From NCBI RefSeq assembly GCF_022539665.2, contig NC_081331.1:1240001-1304000 (forward strand): a stretch of 64,000 bases of DNA, given 5' to 3'. Origin of the DNA: Daphnia carinata (taxonomy: Eukaryota). Every line of letters begins with the position of its first letter. Position 1 is the stretch's first letter. A program made the position numbers and the translations under genes. Under the pieces are notes generated by a model. The model saw nothing but the letters and a program-made list of their open reading frames with translations, ran no database searches and was not told where the DNA came from. This document shows, piece after piece, positions 27,201-37,013 of the stretch.

Positions 27201-27807
27201 CCATAAGCGAGTACGAGTTTCCTCTCTGTCTTTTTGTTCGTTATCTTTCCACTTTTGTTTTATATTCAGTTTTTCCCCCATCGTTTTCTTTGTTTCGACC
27301 TAATTAGACTACTACTTGCATTACGTAGAGTAGGTAATATGTATATACGATGGAATGATGAATTCTCCGCTGGCATCTACTCCATCGACGTACTCGAGAT
27401 TCTAGACGAAGACTATCTGTTTCAATGCATGCACACTGCGTTTTGTATGGATGTATAGGACTGTATTAGGTTTGCCCTCTAATACCTAGTCCCAAAATGT
27501 TTTGTTAACCGCCAGTCGCAAATTGTATCGTGCAAAATCCACGGTATGAAACGAAGAATTAGCCAGGTGCATGACGCATAGCGACTTAAGTTTAAAAAAA
27601 ATACTAAACACACAGACACTAGGTCTAAAAGTAGGCATCGATTTTATTCTGTTCGAAAAACTTACCGATCAGTATGCCAACGACGAAGCACGTCCTAGCA
27701 AACGTCAGACAGACGGGATCACTCCGTCCAATTTTCATGGGTGAAGTAACGCCCTTCATTTTGGCGGAACCGATGACGCCGACTCGTATGTCGAGAATCT
27801 GAAGCAT
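3048..27807 (-). CDS. Dpr (defective proboscis extension response)-family two-Ig-domain cell-surface protein; spliced gene span, about 371 aa
   Basis: Phase-consistent GT-AG exons: 27807-27666, 12152-11914, 7567-7354, 7219-7052, 4631-4437, 3205-3048 (1116 nt, 372 codons including stop). The protein has a hydrophobic N-terminal signal-like segment. Ig1: GPYFD...LPCRV...VSWVRKGDGHLLAVG...WTLQI...DAGDYECQVS. Ig2: TLHC...W...DSGQYLCSPSN. These are followed by the Dpr-typical GEHPAAMQHG and a hydrophobic C-terminus. The specific dpr paralog cannot be assigned. Confidence 0.88.
4437..4631 (-). CDS. Dpr-family exon 5 (second half of Ig2)
   Basis: tttgtag|GA AAT ... ATT G|gtaatc, phase 1->1. Translates GNGESNWIIGAVTDDEGRTTVLARVGNDSLQLTLALPSVTPEDSGQYLCSPSNMAPVSVSLHVVIG, with the Ig F-strand DxGxYxC motif. 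Confidence 0.9.
7052..7219 (-). CDS. Dpr-family exon 4 (first half of Ig2)
   Basis: aatatag|AA CCG ... AAA G|gtactg, phase 1->1. Translates EPIVDIKGAPDMYVKNGSPVTLHCQISSFLIGPTHVEWRLNG... Confidence 0.88.
7354..7567 (-). CDS. Dpr-family exon 3 (Ig1 core)
   Basis: tttcag|GTC AGT TGG ... GTT G|gtaag, phase 0->1. Translates VSWVRKGDGHLLAVGDDTFINDGRF...WTLQIRAVQPADAGDYECQVS. Confidence 0.93.
11914..12152 (-). CDS. Dpr-family exon 2 (N-terminal linker and start of Ig1)
   Basis: catactag|GA AAT ... CGA TCG|gtaagt, phase 1->0. Translates ...GPYFDPFTTADISVQVGSNAILPCRVRQAGNRS. The acceptor position is less certain than the donor. Confidence 0.85.
12721..12950. repeat. Imperfect tandem duplication, 2 copies of about 110-120 bp
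   Basis: The block cttacc..cctcc..aaaa..catgatggccgacttt..ccaat..gaaagga..tttc recurs. CATGATGGCCGACTTT starts at 12757 and at 12868. Confidence 0.75.
27666..27807 (-). CDS. Dpr-family first coding exon (signal-peptide-like)
   Basis: Acceptor ctgtatag| lies just before 27810. The strong phase-1 donor ATC G|gtaagt joins exon 2 to give ...VCLTFARTCFVVGILIGNVCSSA. There are three in-frame ATGs (MLQ, MKG, MKI), so the true start is uncertain. Confidence 0.7.
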
Positions 27808-30800
27808 AATCTATACAGAAGGAGAGTGTCTTTTAGTTTTTTTCCCTTCTTCTTGACTCTTTTTTTGCTAATCGCAGATCTGCTCAGTTCTTCTTTGCAC
27901 TAGGAGACGTGAAGCTATCGGAGCGTGGAGCTGCAGTTTACATCAAACCCACTCGGATGGCGCCAATCCACTTCAAATACTGAAACGGATGATGAAGAAA
28001 ATGTAAGAACCGTATTGCTATTGTATAAAGTTGAAGTTGATGATTTAAACAAGTCCACTAGAGATTCACTCGACTAAGAAAACAGTTGAAATGCCCGGCA
28101 AAGGGTTGGCCCACAGACGGAGAACTCCCTCGACATCCGCTGCTCAAACGAAACAACGCTGCAAAAGACACTTGCACGACTTTGGATTTGCTGAGTATAC
28201 TGTAAATAATTCCTTTGACGGAACAGGCGAAGAGAGAAAAAAGAAAGAAAAAGAACAAAAAGCAATGGTCAAAAAGAAAATGCGCACCAGTAAGAATAAG
28301 TCACGTTTGCAAATGTAGTAGGGTTTCGGATGATACTATCCTCGTTTTCACTGTATTGCGATGAAAGAAAAAGCAAAACAACACGACACAATAGAGCAAG
28401 TCAAAGAGGCTCTGCTTAGGACGGTGGCTAGAGAGCCGCTTGTGAAGGATGACTGCGCTTGATACTGGATACCAAAGCTGCCACTGTCCTACGATGTCGC
28501 AGAATGATATCTATTGCATGTCGGTTTGTATTGGACTGAGGACCTGCCAGGCCACCAGAAGGAGACGAGCAAGAGAAGCAGAAAGCGACAAAAAGGGAAT
28601 GTGCAAGGAGTGCTTTAGCTCCGTCAAGAGCCTCGCCTGCGAATAGTCAGTCAGTACCTGCGCACTCTGAAGCTGGCCTTTTCTCTCGTAAAAACACCAT
28701 GCAGACTTCGCGTATAAGACTGTGTACCCAGTGCTATCTGTTCTTCTCTCTTATATGAATGACGCTTTTCTGGAAATCTAATTGCTGGAGCCTTCAATGA
28801 AATGGATTATGCAGCCACCTGCTTATATTCCATCCGTTCATTTTGCATTATGATTTTGGACACCCCCCTAAACGCGAATAGTTTATTCTGTCGTTGCGGA
28901 AAATCTACCCCAAAAAGGAAGGGTGCCCATGATCTCTCTACATCGTTGAATGTAGGTTTCTTGCAACAGTGCTTAATTGTAACGAAAATCCCGCAGTGCA
29001 AGTTTACTATAGGGAATGGAATCAGTCGGCCGCGTGATAATTACACTGAACCGATAGGATGACGAACGTTCATTGAAATTGTCGATGCATCATTTATGTG
29101 ATTAATTCCGGCGCTGCATCCATGGACGTCATCGGTCTGAGGCTTAATAATATTGTTTTGTGTACCAAGGGGTCTTTATCTCCTCGTGGTGCAGTCCTCT
29201 CTTCTTGTGTTCCGGCATCGCCCCCGCAACATGTTCACGTTTTGGCTTTAATCTTCCGATGAGAAGGAGACTATTTTCTTTTGTTTTAGTTTTTATTTTG
29301 GCTGGTGTGAGAGGAAACAGGAGAAAGGTGCTGTACGTAGTAACATCCAGATGTAACTAAATAATGACATTTCCTTCATTCTTTTTATTGTTTATTGTTT
29401 CATTTTTTTGCTGTTTGAGTATCTATCAAAAAAAAAATTGTTTAGTAGATTCTCATTATCCTTATTATACTCATGTACGGTACCAACGTTGAAAGACAAT
29501 TGCAGACATCTGAAAATGGAGACAAAAATCTTGCAGGCATTGCTGTCGCTTTGACGTGGCAGAGGACTCGAGTCGTGGTGCTAGGTAATGTCCAAAATAT
29601 GCAGGAATAATATCTGATATCTAAAGAACATTTCGCATCAATCATTTACGTATGCTACGAAGTAAAAAAAACAAACAAAAAGGTGAAAATTTTCAATTTT
29701 GAAAATTCCCCGAGAACCCAACACAAAGAATGTATGGTAAATAGATTCAAAGTTATTTCTTGCATGACATCTCTGAAGATAAAAAAAAGATGAATCGCAT
29801 TTATATATGCAAAATGTCTTTCTCTTTGGGTGATTCATCCCATTGTGAATTGCCCAATGGGAAGTGAGTCGAGTCAGCATAGACTTCTATATAGGCCGTT
29901 AGCGTTGATGAAGCTGTCGCTCGCTCATGTAAATACGATCAGACGCCATCATCTTCCACAAAAAAGAGAGCTAAATCCAAAAGTTCAGGATACCCTACAA
30001 TGATTTCGTGGAATTGATTCCTTTGAACGCCTATACGCCACGCAGATGATGCGCTCCCTTTGCCTCGCCCATTGGCTTTCCAATAAAACAGCACACGACA
30101 TGCCTGCCTAGAAAACCTCAAATGGCCACTTTCAATGTCGCAAGTAAGTAGACCTCAGGAGTAATAATGATGCGGCAGAACGACCAAGCGTGATTACAAA
30201 TACATATTAGATTGCTTGACATTAATAGCTATCTAGGTAATGCAGCCGGGGACTACTCATCCAGCACATCAAAAATTTCTGTAATTTCAAATGTTTTGTT
30301 AAAGTATTGCACCCCAGATGCAACCTCCAAACGAGAAAGGAATATCGTTTTTTTTTCTTCTTGTATTTAGATTCCCCTGGCGTCGGTCGAGAAAGAAAAT
30401 TGTTCTTTAATAGTATACGAGTGCCATTAAGCATAAACGATAAGAAAAATGGAGATCTTACTGAGAAAAGCTTTCACTAAAAGATGGAACTACTCTGTTA
30501 TGGCACTGTCAATATTATAGTTCGCATAGTAATGCTACGTGCTGTGTAGTGACATATCAAGCGAGGAATGCGGAAAGCAACGTTTTGCATATATGAATGT
30601 TGTAGCACCCGGCGTGTACATACACATCCCATCACCCACTTACAAAGCAAAACAGCGACTTGATAGAAAAATACCGCAGCATTAAAAGTAAAAGCGAAAT
30701 AAACGCAAGTTGTATCGGTTGTCAAGGCTGACACATGCAATCGATCGGATTATTGACGAAACGATTATTCGGTTGTAGCGCTTACGCTATTTCGGGATGG

Positions 30801-31783
30801 AATTCTTATAGAATGATATCTATAGCCCTGTGCTTTACTATATAGAGCAGCATTCTTGTTATGGACCCTGTCGGTATTCCTTTACATTGCTTCGGAATTT
30901 TTGAAAAAACATTCAGAACGGTATGCGTTTGTGTATTTCTAATCAAAAATTAACCATTCGGAAAAATACATACGTAGAAACTCAAGGACCGTGTGGTTTA
31001 TATCCCGAATGTTTTTACTTGTAGTAGCTACCAAGAGGGACAGTCGTGACTCAAATTAACGTCAAGTGTCAGAACAGCCAGCCTCTTATACTCTCTGAAT
31101 GGGTCTACTATTTAACATTGTTCGTCTTTCAGGGCTGTGCTTTTTACTGCCAAGATTCCGGCCAAACTACCTTTACGTGGCCATTGCGCGTGAGCTTAGT
31201 TATGATAGACAAATCTCAAGCTTTGTTCTTCTTTTTAAGTAGGGACTAAGATCAAGAAAGCAGAAACGTAATGCCGAAGGATTTAACTAAAAGAGTTCAG
31301 TGCTCTCTTGATTTTAGGTCACGCAGTGTATAATTTATATGGAACCCAGAGGCAGCGGAACAAGTAAGAATTTAACGTTGACTGACAATCTACGTTGGCT
31401 GTCGGTGACGGCTGGCGCTTGTGGCGAGCCTCGTTATTCTTTCCCTGCCCGAGTTAAACTTGTACCGTAACACGTATCTATAATCCTTTTTCTATTTCTC
31501 GTTCCTTCATCGCTGTTGAGCACGCTTTTCGACTCTCCTTGCTGTCGTTGACACATACACGAAAAGAGGCAAAGTTATGGAATCATCAAAGATTGACCCG
31601 ATTTTTTTTCTCATAGCCGAATGCTGTCCAGCGAACTGCTGTGCCGGACAGCAGACACTGCACAACAGTATAGTATATTGTTATTCGTTTATATACAGTA
31701 GGATAGTATAAAGCACTGGATTTTACTTCTCAAGAAACTGAATTCTGGCCATCTAACAGCAACAGAGTCATACAATGCAGAGG

Positions 31784-31806
31784 GAGAGAGAGAGAGAGAG
31801 AGAGAG
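31784..31806. repeat. (GA)n microsatellite
   Basis: Read directly from the sequence. Confidence 0.9.
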
Positions 31807-32950
31807 CATCGTCTTGGTATACGTGCGAGCAAATAATCCAATACACAGCTACGCTCAGGTCCATTATAGCTTTTGGGCCTTTTTTAGTTTTGAGGAATTT
31901 TTTTTTTCCTTTTTTCCCCACATAAAAATTGCCGACTTCTGACAGTTGCGCAGACTACGCGGAATTGCTTTTTCTGGTGTTTTCCTTACATTCATTCAGC
32001 TCGACTGGTCTTGGATGCTCCGCAGCGTCCAGCAACAAATACTACGGGCACTATTGCAATTTTACGCTGAACACAACGTAAATACTTGGAGAACATACTA
32101 GCTGTGTCCGTTAGAAGGGCACATATGCAGCTCCATAGCCGACGCACTGGAGACAAGAAGACAGCGTCAGACAGACCCTCTTCTAGTAGATCTAGTGACA
32201 GAAAGAACATGAGCATCATTCAACGATAAATTGATCGAGATTCTGAGGAAGCGTCACCGGAACATCATGTTCCTATCGCCCTTCCATTCCAACACGTCGC
32301 TATAAACACGCATCGAAAACAAAATTTTTCATATAACCTTATACTGCTAGATGATGGTACGTTTATACAGTGCCATTTTACTTACGTCGTACTGATTTTT
32401 CGGCCGATCTGCATTGCACAGGCTTGGGTATTGATTGAAGGCGATGTTTGGAGTGTAAAGAACAGTGCGTCTTAATAGTTCGGCTATTTCTATTCACGAG
32501 TAAATTTGCACCAATTGAAACGATGAGACAGAGCGTTAGCAGGCCTTTTCATCGGCAGATGAAATTGCGCAACTTGCGGGATTGATGTAATACACTACGA
32601 TGTCCCAAGGGCCGTACTATGTTATTTAACGTTACGCAGAAAGGGGTTATAAAGAAAAAGGGAAAGTCTTTTACTTCATGAGATTCACAGACTGAGGCAA
32701 CAGAGCTCTCCCGGTAAATCTGCCCAGATGTACTCTAGACGTTCCTGGTACACGGAAGTTTGTTTGGCGGCTTCGGCATTGGCTATAATGAAACAATAGA
32801 GAAAGATTTAAATCCCTGACGTTTCTCATCATCTCTCTCAACTTCTTGCAGTATCAGAAAAAAGGGGAGCATGGGTCCCTCCGTCCTTTGTGTCATCATT
32901 TTCCCTTCATCTCTTTGCCAACAACGTAAGATTTCCTGTACACAGGGTAC

Positions 32951-32975
32951 GATACCATACCATACCATACCATAC
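32951..32975. repeat. (CATAC)n pentanucleotide repeat
   Basis: gatac followed by four copies of catac. Confidence 0.85.
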
Positions 32976-33709
32976 TGTACTGATGCAATAATAATGAGCA
33001 GGAATCTTCAGGTTTTCAAGTCTTTTTGTTCTCATCATCGATTGGTGGGATAGAGAATTTCGTGTGTTTTACGCCGGTTCTGGTCTTGTGCGCCGGAAGA
33101 CGTAAGGAGGTTTCCATGCTGTGAGTTTTCTTTTTCGCACTATAGAACTGAGCGATTGATTTTTGCTGCACACGTGCTGCTGTTTTCAGATCCACGGGTT
33201 AAAAGTAACAGGAATTGCAGGAAAGTAAAAGCGAAGTAAACTCTATGTGGATCGCTTAAGAAAATGTATTACAAAAACATTATTGTCGATTTAATGGTGT
33301 TTTTCCAAACTTTCAGGCGACATGGAAGGATGACACCAAGAATGAATGCTTTATAAGCCAGATTTACTAGGATTGTTCAAGACTTAAGACTTGTTTTTCA
33401 ACCCTGAAGCCTTCTACACCCCGTCTACACTGGAACGTTGGCGACGCGTAGAGCACAAAGACCAAACAGTTCAAAGAAATCGCAAGTAGCGCATTTCATG
33501 TGATATATCATTGTCGACCGTATATAAGTTGTCTTTGACCAAGCTGATGACGATGCTTCATTGCACCGAGCGGGATTTTCTTTTTCAGCCATTCGAGCGA
33601 AAACAGTAGACCCATTTGCTAGCAGTTGCGTTCAATTGGTGCATGTTTACCAGAGTTACGCTGGAGCGATGACAGCATATCTGTCAATGTCCTAAAAATA
33701 GAACTATAA

Positions 33710-33721
33710 AACTGAAACTGA
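33710..33721 (-). promoter_or_regulatory. Tandem arthropod initiator-like motifs (TCAGTT x2); candidate Dpr transcription start
   Basis: The minus strand reads TCAGTTTCAGTT, upstream of the Dpr first coding exon. That exon is preceded by a splice acceptor, so a 5'UTR exon must lie upstream. Motif match only. Confidence 0.3.
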
Positions 33722-34953
33722 ATGGGCATCAATTATTACGAACGTACCCACAGTACGGACTGTTTGCGAGACGGATGGTGACATTGTTAAAACGGATCAA
33801 TCTCCCGACAGCTTCTCGCAACCCCCTCCCCTTTTATCGCGCTCCTACTGTATCTAGTATAGATCGTAGAAGTAGACGACGCACGGGAACACGAAATCTC
33901 CGTTGCTCTTGCTGCTTGAGCGAAGCCGAAATGGGTTCGCTAATATGCGTGGTGGTATAACACTGGCCCTGTTCGTTTGTTTTCATGCAGAATCCCTGGA
34001 GATGTGGTCATTACATGTTGTGTCATTACCGACGTAAAGTTACAGCTTGAACAGATATATACATGTATAAGAATTAATCAATTTCGCTTTGCACCGACGA
34101 CTGACGGAAACAGCTTGTGTAGTAAGAGAATAAGGCAAAAAGTAAAACAGAAAAAAAAAAGGAAAATCACTAACAACTTCCTAGTTCTTAGCGGATGTTG
34201 AGTGCGTAGGACGTGTCCGTCTCCGCTAGCTCCAAATTATTTTTTCATTTCTTAGTTTATAGACATTTTAGACACAGGGAGGACGTCGATAAGCGAATCG
34301 TTCATTTCCGTACTGTCAATCTACTCGGCTGAATACTGTCCGTAATTTCTCTCCAATCACCCGAACAACAATTCCAGGAAGCAATCCTCGCTACCTACCA
34401 TTTATTTGCCGTCTTGTCGTTGCTGCGTTGAGCTCATTCCAAAAAAAAACTATGACGTTTCTGCCAATCACGTTATCGTCGCATTTCCGCCAATTTTTGT
34501 ACCCATTTCCTTCCTTTCTTGGAGTTGGCAATTGGATACGCGATTGCTCGGAAATCGTTCTTGCATGCTATGAGGAATAATTCGTATGTCTATTGCGCAT
34601 CGTGTTTTGATTTCTACCAAAAGCGACATATTAACGCCATCTATGAGATGCGACAGCCAACTTTCGATACTTTTATCGAAAACAATATAATTTCTTTCGC
34701 AAATTGGAGCGAAAATTATTATATAAAGCTGGAATAAATAATTTTGCTAAAGTAATTTAATTTCAAAGAAACAGCTTCCCGATCCCGAACCCTCAGTCGA
34801 AATTCTTGATGCGAAAAGCGCATCAAAAGTATCAAAATGTTGCAGAAGTAGACAACGTTGCCCAAGGTTGTGCTAAAGAGAAATATATTCGCCGAGAAGC
34901 GTCTGTAGAGTTGGTAACAACAATTCCATTTGACGTTTCTCTGTTTCTTGACT

Positions 34954-35078
34954 TCAGTTGAACAAAAAGTGGAAGAAATTTCTGAGAAATCTTGCAAAGT
35001 GCGTATTAAATAGTATATATTTTTGCTACTGGTATTTTAAATAAAACAATTTTATACATTTTATTTTTACATAGTATA
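34954..35078 (+). promoter_or_regulatory. Candidate initiator and spliced 5'UTR of the CDK2AP1/DPH7 unit
   Basis: TCAGTT at 34954-34959. A putative AT-rich 76-nt intron runs 34999-35074 (gtgcgt...tttttacatag) and ends 4 nt before the ATG. Confidence 0.5.
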
Positions 35079-35601
35079 ATGGATGACGATGTTCAAGCTA
35101 TAGACACACCACTTTCTCACATTAACGGAGGAAGCATTTCATTTGTTGTTCCGGATCCAGATTCAAATTCTTCTGGTACAATAAACTTCCATTAATGAAG
35201 CTCATGTTGCCGTGATATGTACTGATAAGCACATTCTTGCCAAGCAATTTTGGCTTTGCAAAAAAAAAAAAATAAATAAATAAAAATCACATTGCTATGT
35301 AAGTTTTTTTAAAATTCACAAATGCTTTTCTTGTCAGGAGGTGTGCTGATGCAGAATCAAGTGCCGCAATCCAAATACGCCCAACTTCTTGGTAACATTC
35401 AATTCATGTACGAGTTACCTTTCCTTTTTTTCATTATTTAACATTTTGATTTCAGCTGTGATTGAGGATATGGGCAAAGATATCCGTCCTACTTATGCTG
35501 GCAGTAAGAGCAGTGCAGAACGATTGAAAAGGGGAATCGTCCATGCTCGCATTTTAGTGCGAGAGTGCTTATTGGAAACGGAGAGGAGTGCCCGGCAATA
35601 A
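35079..35601 (+). CDS. CDK2AP1: Cyclin-dependent kinase 2-associated protein 1 (DOC-1, NuRD subunit), 98 aa
   Basis: Exons 35079-35175, 35338-35391 and 35456-35601 (297 nt, both junctions phase 1). The C-terminal sequence [57 protein letters not shown] is the highly conserved CDK2AP family domain. Confidence 0.93.
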
Positions 35602-35609
35602 CGATAAAA

Positions 35610-36709
35610 ATGGCAAACATTAAAAAACTTCAGTCGTGGGACACAGTGCTTTACGCTGACTGTGTCGAATTTTGTCCTTTTGAACCTTATCTTTCTATAG
35701 CCATCTGTGGCACTTATCAATTGTGTGAAAGTGAAGCGTCGCGCGTTGGTCGCCTCAGTCTCCATTCGATCGACCCTGATCAAATCGATATAACTCCAAT
35801 TCAACTAGTTGACAGTCCCGGTGTCCTCGATGTAAAATGGTGCCGACAAAAATCTTACAGTCAAATATCCCTGGCTGTTGCCAATTCAATTGGTCAAATC
35901 GTCATTTACACGTTTGATCCCGACTCAGTTATCCATCAAGAGCACGTGCAAAACATTGGTGATGTTGATAGTGGCCGTTTAGCACTATCATGTGATTGGT
36001 ATGATGGCTGCAAGATAGCTGTTAGCGACTCGAAAGGCGAAGTGTCATGTTTAAATGTCAGCCATCAAGGACCGGAACTAGTTGGCACGTGGAAGGCGCA
36101 CGATTATGAAGCATGGGTGGCTTCGTTTGATCGTCACTCGGACCAGCTTATTTATTCTGGTGGAGACGATAGTTGCTTCCGCTTGTGGGATATACGTGAT
36201 ACGACCAGTTCTGTTATAACCAACAGGAAAGCTCATCAGATGGGGGTGACGAGCATTGAAACATCACCTGTCGACAGCAACATTCTCGCCACTGGGAGGT
36301 ATTTCGAATTAAATCACACAGTAACCAATGATGTTCATCTTGTTGCCTTTTTTCCAGTTATGATGAGAGACTTTTAATGTGGGACAAGCGTCATATGAAA
36401 ACTTGGGTGAGCGAAACCAATCTAGGCGGTGGTGTTTGGAAACTTAAGTGGGAACCGGTTAGTGCTCGTCACCTTTTGGCAGCCACCATGCACAACGGCT
36501 TCCATCTGGTTGATTGCTGTGGTACATCCGGGGAAGCGGGTAGAGAACAACCTTCCTTCGAACCCACGATTGTTGGCTCATATCGAGAGCATTCGAGCCT
36601 GGCATACGGCTGTGATTGGGGCCGACAATTGTCATCTAGCGGTCGACGGACGATTGCCTCGTGTTCCTTTTATGATCATTCACTTCACGTGTGGTCATGG
36701 TTACCCTAG
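35610..36709 (+). CDS. DPH7: Diphthamide biosynthesis protein 7 (WDR85; WD40 diphthine methyl ester methylesterase), 346 aa
   Basis: Exons 35610-36298 and 36358-36709, separated by a 59-nt GT-AG intron that restores LATGSYDE (1041 nt). Motifs: ADCVEFCP, CGTYQL, AHDYEAW, YSGGDD, GGGVWKLKW, MHNGF, HSSLAYGCDW, SCSFYDH. The ATG is in an AAAA-ATG-G context. Confidence 0.93.
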
Positions 36710-37007
36710 GCGCAATTGGATGACAGGGACTTGGAAGACTGACGCCCGATCTTTTACTTCAGCAATTTAACCTTTACTTTCTTATTTTCTTATGTCATAT
36801 TTTGAGCAAACGGTTCAAGGCAAAGGTACTGTCGACCAGTTGTGTTTGTGAAACCTGAATGGGGAAAAAAAATGAAAAGCAATTCTTCCACTTTGTTTTG
36901 GTTTTGTCTTTTAAGTTTTTGTTCAACTTCACTGTCGCTATACAATCATACGATATTACGTTACCACAGGTTTGAACAAGACACAAATATGAAGATCAAT
37001 ACTTTTG

Positions 37008-37013
37008 AATAAA
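37008..37013 (+). terminator. Candidate polyadenylation signal for the DPH7 (and CDK2AP1) transcript
   Basis: First plus-strand AATAAA I found downstream of the DPH7 stop, about 300 nt away, followed by GT-rich sequence near 37047-37062. Confidence 0.45.

Noticed and set aside
35239..35304. Strong donor-like ctat|gtaagt inside the first coding intron of CDK2AP1
   Set aside because: The upstream sequence is an A-run with TAA repeats and has no credible coding exon.
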